A stretch of DNA of 64,000 nucleotides from Bacteroidia bacterium (GTDB lineage: Bacteria; Bacteroidota; Bacteroidia; UBA4408), in the NCBI GenBank assembly GCA_020845635.1, contig JADLFI010000026.1, positions 3,329 to 67,328 of the forward strand, in the 5' to 3' direction. Made by a program: the position numbers and the translations under genes. Positions 19,317 through 28,657 of this stretch are shown here, one piece after another. Positions within the stretch are counted from its first letter, which is position 1. Each line of letters starts with the position of its first letter. A model generated the notes under the pieces. The model did not search any database and was not told where the DNA came from. It saw only the letters and a list, made by a program, of their open reading frames with translations.

Positions 19317-20060
19317 CTAAGATGGGAGTAACCCCAAAAAGTCAGTTACATTTTCGTCTTCATTATCCCAGTTGAACTTGCTTTTTAATTGATTTACACA
19401 AATAGAAAGTTCCTGTATGTTTTTACATTGTTCAAGTTCTTTTATGGCATTTTCCATAGCAGCACCATTGCCATTAAACAAATGTTTAATAAATCTAAAT
19501 CTGTCGTTTATTCCTAGTTTAATGTTTACTTTTAACGAAGCCGTATTGCCGTTACTTTCCGTTGTTTGTGCCAGAGGAGGTGGGATATAACTTGTTTTTT
19601 CTTCTGCTGCTGTTTGATTTTCAATAGGCATTTCTACTATACTTTGAGTCTCATCTTGCAATTTATTCTCAGCTATTGGTTTATCCTCAGATTCAGTAAT
19701 TGCAACTTCGTGAATTGTTGTAGATTCAGGTTCTAATTCTGAAACTATTTCCGCATTATCTTCAATTGCCGGCTTGTTCTTTTCCTCCACAACTCGTTCT
19801 TTAATGCTATCAATTCTTTCTTCAAAAACTTTATATGGTTCTGCTTTTGATTTCTTTGCCTTTTGAATAGCATTTTCCTCCATATAATGGAGGTGATTGT
19901 ATATAATTGACTTTTCGTGAAGTTTTCTGATTTTAGAAGTAATTAATTCAAGTTCAATAGTTGGAATACGATATTCGTTTTCTATGTTGTCATAATGAAC
20001 TTTTATACTTCTGATTAAAACCTCAATCTCTTTTAATATCTCTTTTTTATCTAAACTCAT
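19317..20060 (-). CDS. Hypothetical acidic protein (low-complexity Glu-rich centre)
   Basis: ORF only. No recognisable motifs. It lies immediately downstream of, and on the same strand as, the ABC transporter gene. Confidence 0.4.
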   Translation of the reverse strand: MSLDKKEILKEIEVLIRSIKVHYDNIENEYRIPTIELELITSKIRKLHEKSIIYNHLHYMEENAIQKAKKSKAEPYKVFEERIDSIKERVVEEKNKPAIEDNAEIVSELEPESTTIHEVAITESEDKPIAENKLQDETQSIVEMPIENQTAAEEKTSYIPPPLAQTTESNGNTASLKVNIKLGINDRFRFIKHLFNGNGAAMENAIKELEQCKNIQELSICVNQLKSKFNWDNEDENVTDFLGLLPS

Positions 20061-20158
20061 AGGGTTGAATATATTTATATGAGAAATTCTCAGGTAAAGT
20101 TAATTACTTTTTTTATTAAAATAAAATTTTACACAGCACAAAAAAAATTGCTATTTAA

Positions 20159-23100
20159 TTATTTCTTTAGCTTACTGAAAAGTTTTTCTAGCCCGTCAAG
20201 CAATTTCTTAAGCACATCAAAATACAAGGTAATAACCATTATTAAACTCATCCCCCAAATAACCAAACTATTTACCCAATAGGTATCAAAATAATTTCCC
20301 AAAAAGGCTTTTCGAGGTGCAAAAAAGTGAGCTCTGATAAAGCCATCTGCCGGAGGGTCAAGAAAAATTGGGTCTATTTTTTGCACTAATTGATCGTTAA
20401 TTTCAATGAAAGGATCTGTAGTTCTCTTATTTTTCAATAAATCGTTCAGGTTGTCATTGTCATAGTCTTGGCGTAGATTAACCAAATAATCTTTACCTTT
20501 TTGATTAAGCTTAATTACCACTTTTTCTCTTTTGTCATTGGTTTGATTGAACATTTTAATATAATACTGCTTTAGGTCACTCAAGTATTTTTTTGTTCTC
20601 TCGCCAACATCTTTGTTAAACTTACCTGGAACAAGATTTGCTAAATCATCATAATGAGGTTTAATTGAATTTTTTTTAATTGGAATAGCCAGTTCGTTAG
20701 ATATTTCTTTGGTCAACAATCTTAAATCGTATTCAAATTGTTCTTTCCCTTGAGGGTCGTTCAATAAATTTTCGGCATCGTCAACTTTGGCCAGCAGTCG
20801 GTCTAAGTAAAAGTCTTTTTTGTAGCTGGCTTTACTCATGGTTTTGTCAAACTTATAAAAGTTTGACTCGTAGGCATTGTTCATAAACTGATTAACCGCC
20901 AAGGCCTCATATGCCCATCGTGATGCCATTACCTCGCCCGATATGGGAACTTTGGTTTGAGAAGTAACAGAAGGGTTTAACTTATCGAATTTTACAATTA
21001 CACCACTAAGTATTAATTGCGGAATAATTAAAAATGGAATTAAAATATATATAGTTACAGCCGAGTTAAAGCTTGCAGAAACATTTAATCCAAGCATATT
21101 GGCAAAACAACTTGTGGTAAAAAGTATAAACCAGTAATCAGTATACATTCCATGAATACCTAAAATGGAATTACCTAATAGCACAAAGGTTAAAGTTTGA
21201 ATAGCGCTCAGAAAAAACATAATTACTATTTTGCTGAGCAAATAGCTTCCTTTACTTAAATTTAAAAACGATTCGCGTTTTAATATTTTACGGTCGCGTA
21301 TTATTTCTTCGGCACTTACCGTTAACCCCACAAATAGCGCAATAATAACGGCCATTAACAAATAAGCCGGAATGTTCTCGTTTTCTACATATTTATAGGT
21401 GTCTGACCCACTACCGGTATTGTAAAATCTAACTAGATAGCTTAATATAAGAGCCAAAATAGGGGTTTCAAGGAAATTAATTATTAAGTATTGCTTATTG
21501 GTAAGCTTACTCTTAACATCGCGTGTTATAAATACCTTAAATTGTTTTAACTTATTTGGTATTTTAAAAATGCTTTTAGGTATATCGCCCTTATGAATTT
21601 TCTTGGCTTCGGGTCTTAACTCACGTAAATAGGCTTCATTCCATTCTAAAGGCGATATTTTTCTGTTTGTGGTTGAATTACCGTACTCATCAATAACCTT
21701 GGTTTCAATAATATTAAAAATCTGCTCGGGATTAACATTTCCACAAGTTATACATTCACTTTCGGCAGCATTGGCATGATTTATTTGTTTCTTAAAGTAT
21801 ATAACTGCCTCAACCGGGTGACCGTAATAAATGGGGTAACCACCTAAATCAAGAATAAGCAACTTGTCAAACATTTTATAAATATCTGACGAGGGCTGAT
21901 GTATTACCACAAATACCAACTTCCCTTTTAAGGCTAATTCTTTTAAAAGATCCATAATATTCTCGCTGTCGCGCGATGATAGGCCTGAGGTAGGCTCATC
22001 AACAAATAAAACAGAAGGCTCTCGAATTAGTTCTAAACCTATATTTAATCTTTTACGTTGACCCCCACTAATGGTTTTCTCTAATGGACTCCCAACTTTT
22101 AAATTAGCCGTTTCCGACAAGCCTAAATCAACCAGTAAATCATGAACCATTTGCTTAATACGCTCATCATCATATTGGGCAAAGCATAATTTGGCATTGT
22201 AAAAAAGATTTTGAAATACGGTTAACTCCTCAATTAAAAGATCATCTTGCGAAATATATCCTATTACACCTTCAATATTTTTTGGGTCAGTATGAATGTT
22301 TATTCCGTTAATAAGAACTTCGCCTTTAAATGGCTTTTCAAGTCCATTGAGTACGTTCAAAACGGTTGATTTTCCTGCACCACTACCTCCCATAATTCCA
22401 ATAAGTGTTCCCGACTCTTCTGTAAAATTTAAAGGATGTAGTCCGGTTTTTCCTGATCTAAATTTATACTCTAAATCTTTTACTAAAAACTGGAGCTTGG
22501 TTTTTTGGTTCTCCTCCATAAAACTACTAACCACATCGCTGTAAAAAATTGGATGCAATTTGGTGCTTCTTATGCTTGAGCCTTGAGTTAAAATATAAAC
22601 CCTACCCGGCTTAATATCTAATCCATTGAGGTATATATCTTGATTGCCAAAATACCTAAAGGCATACATTGATACGCTCTTTATATGAAGGACCTCTATT
22701 TGGCCTTGCAAGGTTTCGCTATACAGATATTTTGACTCCTTAAGCTTTTCGGGTTTGCTGTTGCAAATTACCAAAATAGACGAAGAATCAAAATTGCAGG
22801 CCTCATTGCTATTGATAAATTTCAAGCATGATTGATATTCAACTTCATCAATATTGAAAGAAGAAGCTACAGTATCAACAAATTCAAGTTCTTGATTGCT
22901 TACAACATCATTGGAGGTAATAAACTCAATTAAACGTATTAGTACAATTACTTTTTGAGAGTGTGTTAGTTCTTTATTTATTTCAGAGCATATTCTTAAT
23001 ACCTTAACTGAGTTGAGCGAGAGTTTCTTGGTGGCATCAGCTCCTTTACTTATTTTATGAATAGATTCAATATAGTTATCAAAAACTTGTATATATTCAA

Positions 23101-23230
23101 ACACTAATTCTTTGTTAAGCTGTTGCTTTAGGAATGATTGTACAATACTGCGTCCAATTACGTTTACACCATCAACCTTGGCTATTATGGCAAAGAGCTG
23201 CATCAGCGCCCTGAGTATATTTTCACTCAT
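20159..23230 (-). CDS. Fused ABC transporter (ATP-binding domain + ABC-2/ABCG-type permease) with an N-terminal ~270-aa extension containing an FHA-like segment
   Basis: Walker A GIMGGSGAGKST. ABC signature LSGGQRKRLNIGLEL and Walker B VLFVDEPTSGLS. Six predicted TM helices follow in the C-terminal third, giving ABCG/White-like topology. In the N-terminal extension, …EVLHIKSVSMYAFRYFGNQDIYLNGLDIKPGRVYILTQGSSIR resembles an FHA fold. Confidence 0.7.
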   Translation of the reverse strand: MSENILRALMQLFAIIAKVDGVNVIGRSIVQSFLKQQLNKELVFEYIQVFDNYIESIHKISKGADATKKLSLNSVKVLRICSEINKELTHSQKVIVLIRLIEFITSNDVVSNQELEFVDTVASSFNIDEVEYQSCLKFINSNEACNFDSSSILVICNSKPEKLKESKYLYSETLQGQIEVLHIKSVSMYAFRYFGNQDIYLNGLDIKPGRVYILTQGSSIRSTKLHPIFYSDVVSSFMEENQKTKLQFLVKDLEYKFRSGKTGLHPLNFTEESGTLIGIMGGSGAGKSTVLNVLNGLEKPFKGEVLINGINIHTDPKNIEGVIGYISQDDLLIEELTVFQNLFYNAKLCFAQYDDERIKQMVHDLLVDLGLSETANLKVGSPLEKTISGGQRKRLNIGLELIREPSVLFVDEPTSGLSSRDSENIMDLLKELALKGKLVFVVIHQPSSDIYKMFDKLLILDLGGYPIYYGHPVEAVIYFKKQINHANAAESECITCGNVNPEQIFNIIETKVIDEYGNSTTNRKISPLEWNEAYLRELRPEAKKIHKGDIPKSIFKIPNKLKQFKVFITRDVKSKLTNKQYLIINFLETPILALILSYLVRFYNTGSGSDTYKYVENENIPAYLLMAVIIALFVGLTVSAEEIIRDRKILKRESFLNLSKGSYLLSKIVIMFFLSAIQTLTFVLLGNSILGIHGMYTDYWFILFTTSCFANMLGLNVSASFNSAVTIYILIPFLIIPQLILSGVIVKFDKLNPSVTSQTKVPISGEVMASRWAYEALAVNQFMNNAYESNFYKFDKTMSKASYKKDFYLDRLLAKVDDAENLLNDPQGKEQFEYDLRLLTKEISNELAIPIKKNSIKPHYDDLANLVPGKFNKDVGERTKKYLSDLKQYYIKMFNQTNDKREKVVIKLNQKGKDYLVNLRQDYDNDNLNDLLKNKRTTDPFIEINDQLVQKIDPIFLDPPADGFIRAHFFAPRKAFLGNYFDTYWVNSLVIWGMSLIMVITLYFDVLKKLLDGLEKLFSKLKK

Positions 23231-23270
23231 ATATTTTTATTTTTAATACTGTAAACATAATAAATAGCGA

Positions 23271-23312
23271 TTAAAAAAAAAAGACATTAATCATTTTACC
23301 GATTAATGTCTT
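23271..23312 (-). terminator. Strong rho-independent terminator ending the 26557→23338 minus-strand gene block
   Basis: Perfect 10-bp stem gacattaatc / gattaatgtc with an 8-nt loop. On the minus strand it is followed by a 10-nt U run (plus-strand A10 at 23273-23282). Confidence 0.75.
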
Positions 23313-23337
23313 TTATAAAGGCGTTTATTATTGAAGG

Positions 23338-23763
23338 TTATTGCTTAAAGCTTATCATCATAACGGCACACCCACTTGGAGCTTTCCCCGGAACAATTTG
23401 TGCTTCAATAGTACAATCTAAAGTAGAAACAAATTTAAAATCCCAATAAGGAGCGTTCTGTTGTTCGCTATTGTCAAAAAGTAAATTTCTATCACGGTCA
23501 AAAATACGAAATACAAGATTTCCATCGCCTAATCCGCTACAAGCAGCAATTCGATAGGTTGTACCACCGTAAAAAGTAGATTGAAATTCAGCAATTTCTT
23601 TATCGAGCAATAAGGCTCTGTAATGCTGCCCATCACTAATGTATTTAGCAGTCATGTGTTTTAAACACGAGTTTGCAATTGTGTCGCATTGCGCAGAGGC
23701 TTTTTGACTATAGCATAACAAAGAAGCAACAATGGCAAGTGTTATGGTAATTTGGCGAATCAT
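23338..23763 (-). CDS. Small secreted Cys-containing protein, unknown function
   Basis: Signal peptide MIRQITITLAIVASLLCYSQKASAQ. Contains five Cys residues. No recognisable family. Confidence 0.4.
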   Translation of the reverse strand: MIRQITITLAIVASLLCYSQKASAQCDTIANSCLKHMTAKYISDGQHYRALLLDKEIAEFQSTFYGGTTYRIAACSGLGDGNLVFRIFDRDRNLLFDNSEQQNAPYWDFKFVSTLDCTIEAQIVPGKAPSGCAVMMISFKQ

Positions 23764-23782
23764 ATACTATTTTATTATTTAA

Positions 23783-24706
23783 TTAGTTAATAATCATTTG
23801 GCGGATAGCGGTTAATTTTTCTGTAATGATGTCAAGCTGCTCATTAGTAATTTTAACTTCGGTAGTACTGTTTATGGTAGTAATTTTATTAGCCACATCA
23901 GTAGTTGGTTTAACATAAGTATATTTTACTTCAATATCTTCAAATTCATGATATAAATCAACCATTGCATCTATCAACTCTGTAAGCTCGGTCATATCCG
24001 GATTTTGATAATAAGGAGTAAGTAATTTTATAACATGGTCAAGGGTGTTTTTTTGTTCTCCTACACGTTGTACTACGGCTTGTTTGTTTTTAAAGTCTTT
24101 CTTTAAAATATTAAGTGTAAAATACATACTTTCAATCCAGCCACCGGTAATAACCATTCCACTAACGGCAGTACGGTCGTTGTTTTTCAAATAACTATCG
24201 GTAGAACGGTAGGCCGAAGTGAATATAACGAGCAACGAATCATTATTGCCCATATTTTTCTCAAATCTTTTCATCAAGGCTGCGTCAAAAGCGCCAGATA
24301 CATTAATATCGTCAGCCAATCGTTTTGAGGCATTTAAATAGCCCAAAGCATCTTGGGTTTGACCATAAATAATTACGTATCCCAAATCGGCACCGTAAAC
24401 ACCTAAATTGAGCGCTTTTTTATATTCAGTTGAATAGGAGGGGAGTTTAGATGTTACGTTAAGCATATCTTTTGAGTAGTTGGCTCCACTATTTTTTAAC
24501 AACATACTTGTTTGTAAAGGCGAAGGAATACTAAATAATTCTCCGTTTACACTTACCAAATTGTCTTTAGTGGCATCAATAGGTTCTTCCTCTTGTTCTT
24601 CATCTACAGCTTTGTTTTTGTCGCCACTGCAGCCACTATTTAAGGTAATAAACGAAAGAATAACCAAGCTTGCAAAGCTAAGCTTCAGATATTTTTTATA
24701 ATTCAT
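23783..24706 (-). CDS. Lipoprotein, unknown function
   Basis: Lipobox LNSGC after the signal peptide. ORF only. Confidence 0.4.
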   Translation of the reverse strand: MNYKKYLKLSFASLVILSFITLNSGCSGDKNKAVDEEQEEEPIDATKDNLVSVNGELFSIPSPLQTSMLLKNSGANYSKDMLNVTSKLPSYSTEYKKALNLGVYGADLGYVIIYGQTQDALGYLNASKRLADDINVSGAFDAALMKRFEKNMGNNDSLLVIFTSAYRSTDSYLKNNDRTAVSGMVITGGWIESMYFTLNILKKDFKNKQAVVQRVGEQKNTLDHVIKLLTPYYQNPDMTELTELIDAMVDLYHEFEDIEVKYTYVKPTTDVANKITTINSTTEVKITNEQLDIITEKLTAIRQMIIN

Positions 24707-24848
24707 AAGGCTATAATTAATAATTAGTGCAAGTAATGAAAAATAACTGAAACTACAAAAAAAATATACCTCTTTTTATCCATACTTAATATTTAATAAA
24801 TTAAGACTCAGTATATTATTTGGTGCAATTTATTAAGCTCAACATATC

Positions 24849-25562
24849 TCAATCATGCATATTGCCAATACCCGAAAGGGTAATAATATAATTATCTATA
24901 TACTTTTGTTTTTCTTTCGATTTATATTGTTGTATAAATCGGGGGTGATCTAACACTAACATTTTTTTAAACATTGGCTTTTCCTTATTAATTTGTTTTA
25001 GGAAAGTATAGTTCTTCTTTCCTAAAACGTACACTTCGCTAGTTATTAAACCTAGCTCAATGTGTTTTTGTAATGTTTCTATCATAAAATGTTTTACACA
25101 ACTAAATAAGTCTATATCATCATAATAATTGGCGTTAAGCCAGTGGTCATTTTTTACCAGACGTACAATAGCCAGAGGGAAAGGAGAGTTGATGTAAAAA
25201 TTATGGTAAAATTTATTTACCCCACCATAGCTGTTTATCATATCATACATAAAAACTGATGATACTTCGTGGGTATGTGCCGAGCTCATATTAATGCCGC
25301 AATAGGAAAGCAAACGTTTGGTGTCAGTAAATGGAACACCCGTTATACCGGCTCCATAACGACTGGGATTTATACCTATAATAAACTTACGTGGCTTATG
25401 GTCGTTATAGAATTTATGGTAAAATTGTTTCATTACCACTAATGTTTCGGGGTTTGTTAAATAAGGATTTAGTACAGCAAAGCCAGGAGGTAACTTGCCT
25501 CCAAACCTTAAGTTGCAATTAAACTCAATAATCCGCTCTGCCAAACTTCTATCTTTTTTCAT
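24849..25562 (-). CDS. Uracil-DNA glycosylase superfamily protein, SMUG-like (DUF4918/SMUG2-type)
   Basis: GINPSRYGAGITGVPFTD closely resembles the SMUG1 motif GMNPGPFGMAQTGVPFG. The C-terminal LDHPRF corresponds to the HPSPxN motif-B position. The ~237-aa length fits the UDG fold. Confidence 0.55.
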   Translation of the reverse strand: MKKDRSLAERIIEFNCNLRFGGKLPPGFAVLNPYLTNPETLVVMKQFYHKFYNDHKPRKFIIGINPSRYGAGITGVPFTDTKRLLSYCGINMSSAHTHEVSSVFMYDMINSYGGVNKFYHNFYINSPFPLAIVRLVKNDHWLNANYYDDIDLFSCVKHFMIETLQKHIELGLITSEVYVLGKKNYTFLKQINKEKPMFKKMLVLDHPRFIQQYKSKEKQKYIDNYIITLSGIGNMHD

Positions 25563-25570
25563 AGCATATT

Positions 25571-26557
25571 TTAAAAAGGCAAATCAACCTCTTGGTGCTT
25601 AATAAAAGTATTGGTTCTTTCATTAATTAAGTAGCTGATAGGGGAGTTAGGGAATTGATGAATATCCTTAATAGTTATACCCCAAGGCTGCCATAGGTTA
25701 GCCAAAACCTGAGCAAACATTTTATCATCCCAAACTTTAAAGTTTTGAGCTTTAAAATTATTAGGTAGTTGGAAAACTATTTTATGATTTTCGAGAGTGA
25801 TCAAATAATCGGGCGATTCGCTTAATAGGTAGTTGGCATAAATAAAATGCCCGTATAGTTCTTCGAACTGGGCCGGGTGCAGCATAGCATCATTTATTTG
25901 TTCTAATAAATGGTGATGGAATGCTGCCACTTGGCCATTATCTTGCAAACATGCTATAATACCAAAACCGTTCATTCCAAAACAAAAGTTAAGTTTATTG
26001 GTTTCATCTTTATAGTTAAGTATATCTTTCGAAATATTTACACTGTAGCACTTTATTGACCAAGGTAAAAAACCTTTAAATTCTATAGGATAAATAAGCG
26101 ATTGCAACATAAAAAGCAAATTCCTGTACCGTTGTTGCATTAAAGGCGAAACTTCAAATTCCTTATCGCGCATTTCGTGATAGTTAATGGCATAGCTGAA
26201 ATCCTGATAAAGTATTCCATACAGTACACGCGCCATCCATTGAAATAAAGTAAGTTCCGGCATTGTTTTTACAGTTTCATAACCTTCTTCAAAAGCTTTC
26301 TGAGTAACTTTATCAAGTTCTGTAATGGCATCATAAACTTCATCGCATACAGGCAATTTCATATCCTTGTATTTTATTCTATATCCGTCAAGAAGCGACA
26401 ATGTAGTTTCTTCAATTTGATATCTTTTCATTAACCATTCAGGAAAAGCTGTAATTTGTTTAGGATTTTCGTTCAGTATTTTTCCGCTTAAAAAACAAAT
26501 ATGAGGTTTAAAAGCTAAAGGTTGAAAGGGGTTGAACAAAGGAACATTCATCATCAT
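25571..26557 (-). CDS. Hypothetical protein, 8 bp upstream of and co-directional with the SMUG-like glycosylase
   Basis: ORF only, 328 aa. It has no Walker or other recognisable motifs and no signal peptide. Confidence 0.4.
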   Translation of the reverse strand: MMMNVPLFNPFQPLAFKPHICFLSGKILNENPKQITAFPEWLMKRYQIEETTLSLLDGYRIKYKDMKLPVCDEVYDAITELDKVTQKAFEEGYETVKTMPELTLFQWMARVLYGILYQDFSYAINYHEMRDKEFEVSPLMQQRYRNLLFMLQSLIYPIEFKGFLPWSIKCYSVNISKDILNYKDETNKLNFCFGMNGFGIIACLQDNGQVAAFHHHLLEQINDAMLHPAQFEELYGHFIYANYLLSESPDYLITLENHKIVFQLPNNFKAQNFKVWDDKMFAQVLANLWQPWGITIKDIHQFPNSPISYLINERTNTFIKHQEVDLPF

Positions 26558-27056
26558 TTCAAAGATATTGGGGGTAAAATAAGTTAAGTTAGTTTCTTAA
26601 AACAATATGTTAATTATGTATTTTTCAAAAAAATGGTGCTGAAAGCGCTTTTTGTGTGATTTTAGTTTATAACCGTGTTTGTTTTTCATAACTAATTTAT
26701 AGAAATACTCGTTTTATTAGTGTTTAAAGTATGAATATGTTTGAGGAAAGAAAAAATTCTTTTCAATTAAAAAGGCACTTTAAAAATAGCATTTATTAGA
26801 ATACAAAAGTAAATTAAAATATTGTATTCATTCCTCAGTTTAATAATTACTGTACTTATACGAGGGTTTTCAGTTATATGTTTAAAGTTGAAAATGTTGA
26901 TTTACTTAAAGGAGTCTGCTAAACTTGTTTGTATGGCTTTATTTGAAAGCAAAATGGGATTGATTATTTGTGGGAACTGTATATTCAATATTTGTCCTAT
27001 AATTAATATTATGTTAAATAGAATAATCAAAAAGTTTAATTGAATAATTAAAAATT

Positions 27057-27154
27057 GGAAAACTGTTTTTCCAAATACTGTATGAACTTTGCTATGTTAA
27101 ATCGGATAGTTTAAAACGGAAAACTATTTTTCCATATATTGTCTGAACTTTGCT
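27057..27154. repeat. Direct repeat: a degenerate ~37-bp duplicate of the 3' end of gene 27124..27957, displaced 61 bp downstream
   Basis: Copy A (27057-27093) is ggaaaactgtttttccaaatactgtatgaactttgct. Copy B (27118-27154) is ggaaaactatttttccatatattgtctgaactttgct. Copy B encodes the last 10 codons (…AKFRQYMEK*) of the minus-strand gene. Confidence 0.8.
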
Positions 27155-27957
27155 TCGTATTCCTCACGTGTGGCAATTTCAACACGACCATTGTTATCGC
27201 CATAATTAATCCAACCGTACGACCGCATATTTGGATTATTATATTCGGCAGCCGTATATGAACCCATGGTAACAATACCGGTTAAAGTAACTGTTTTTGT
27301 AGGCATGGGCATTGACGTGGTTTTTGTAGCTGTAGTGCCGGTTTGTTGAGTTTTTGGCTTAGGCCCCTCTCCTAACGCTTTAGATAAATCAACCCCCGGA
27401 GCAGACTTTTCAGGTGTTTTTACAGGCTCTTGTTTAACAACGGGTTCCGGTTTCTTTTCTGCTTCTTCTTTAGCTTTTTGCTTTAGGGCATCTTCTACTT
27501 TTTTAATTTCATTCTGAATAGATTTGGTGTAATCTGTATCATAATCAAATTCATTTAAAACATCGTTAAATTTAATTTTACCTACCGGTTGATTATAGAT
27601 TACTGTATTTACTCCGGGATATTGTTTAAAAATTTCCACATCAAATTTAAAAGGCTCAAACTCTAAAGTTTGCTTTTCCTTCGGAACCTTACATGATACC
27701 AGTATTTTCTTGGTAATATAGCCCTCTTTCATGAAACTAAAAACATACTCACAATCATATTCCAAAGCAAATTCAAATTTATTATTGTCACGCTCTGAAA
27801 CATTTACTTGAACCCCATTTTTTTCAATGGCTATCTTAGCTCCTTTAACAGAGCCTCCATTTACCATAAATTTACCATAAACCTTAAATGGTTCTTGTGC
27901 TTGTGAATAAACGGCCAATAATGTGAATATCAATAAAATGAAAAAATTATTTTTCAT
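27124..27957 (-). CDS. Secreted protein with a Pro/Lys/Glu-rich linker, unknown function
   Basis: Signal peptide MKNNFFILLIFTLLAVYSQAQ. Central region KQKAKEEAEKKPEPVVKQEPVKTPEKSAPG. No TonB C-terminal motif was recognised. Confidence 0.4.
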   Translation of the reverse strand: MKNNFFILLIFTLLAVYSQAQEPFKVYGKFMVNGGSVKGAKIAIEKNGVQVNVSERDNNKFEFALEYDCEYVFSFMKEGYITKKILVSCKVPKEKQTLEFEPFKFDVEIFKQYPGVNTVIYNQPVGKIKFNDVLNEFDYDTDYTKSIQNEIKKVEDALKQKAKEEAEKKPEPVVKQEPVKTPEKSAPGVDLSKALGEGPKPKTQQTGTTATKTTSMPMPTKTVTLTGIVTMGSYTAAEYNNPNMRSYGWINYGDNNGRVEIATREEYEAKFRQYMEK

Positions 27958-28134
27958 AAAATGTTAAAAATGATAGCGAGTCGTTATTGTCCAATAAGTA
28001 TTAGTTTTAAAATATTATATTCTTACCTATACGAAATAAATAAATAAATGTTCCAAATAATTTTGGATGATAAATTAAATTTGCGAAAGTAATAAAGAAA
28101 TCTTTATATTTATCAACTTTAATTAAAAATAGTC

Positions 28135-28653
28135 ATGAAGAAGTTATTTTTCATTACACTAAGTGTTATTTTTTTTGTTGGTTTCTCTAACAGTTTGTAC
28201 AGCCAAACAGCCGAAGATTATTATAAACAGGGTGAAGCAAAAGAAAAACAAAAAAATTGGGCAGAAGCTGTATTAGAATATAACAAGGCTATATTATTAA
28301 ATCCCGAGATGTGGAGTTCTTATGTAAAACGTGCTTTCTGCTATGGTTTGCTGGAAGAATACCAAAAAGCTATTGATGATTATTCTGTAGTTATTGAAGC
28401 ACGACCTGATGAGTTTTTTTCTTATCAAAGCCGCGGTAGCGCGCATTACAAACTAGGGCATTATCAAGAGGCGCTCAACGATTTTAATAAAGTACTTGAG
28501 TTAGATCCTAAAAATCAGGAAGCGTACAACAACAGAGGGTTTGTTAAGAAAGCTTTAGGCGATAAGAAAGGTGCTTGCAAGGACTGGTTTACCTCAAAAA
28601 GAATGGGTAATGAGGAGGCCATAATTATTATTAATAATAATAATTGCCGGTAA
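28135..28653 (+). CDS. TPR-repeat secreted/lipoprotein
   Basis: Signal peptide followed by 34-aa TPR-like repeats (AEAVLEYNKAILLNP…, YQKAIDDYSVVIEARPD…, YQEALNDFNKVLELDP…). Confidence 0.6.
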   Translation: MKKLFFITLSVIFFVGFSNSLYSQTAEDYYKQGEAKEKQKNWAEAVLEYNKAILLNPEMWSSYVKRAFCYGLLEEYQKAIDDYSVVIEARPDEFFSYQSRGSAHYKLGHYQEALNDFNKVLELDPKNQEAYNNRGFVKKALGDKKGACKDWFTSKRMGNEEAIIIINNNNCR

Positions 28654-28657
28654 GTTA

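Noticed and set aside
22296-22544. 82-aa plus-strand ORF inside the ABC transporter gene
   Set aside because: Antisense to the conserved nucleotide-binding-domain coding region. No start context and no motifs.
27124-27957. Considered TonB because of the Pro/Lys/Glu-rich linker
   Set aside because: The N-terminus is a cleavable signal peptide followed by a folded domain rather than a TM anchor. The C-terminus lacks the TonB box-binding domain motifs.
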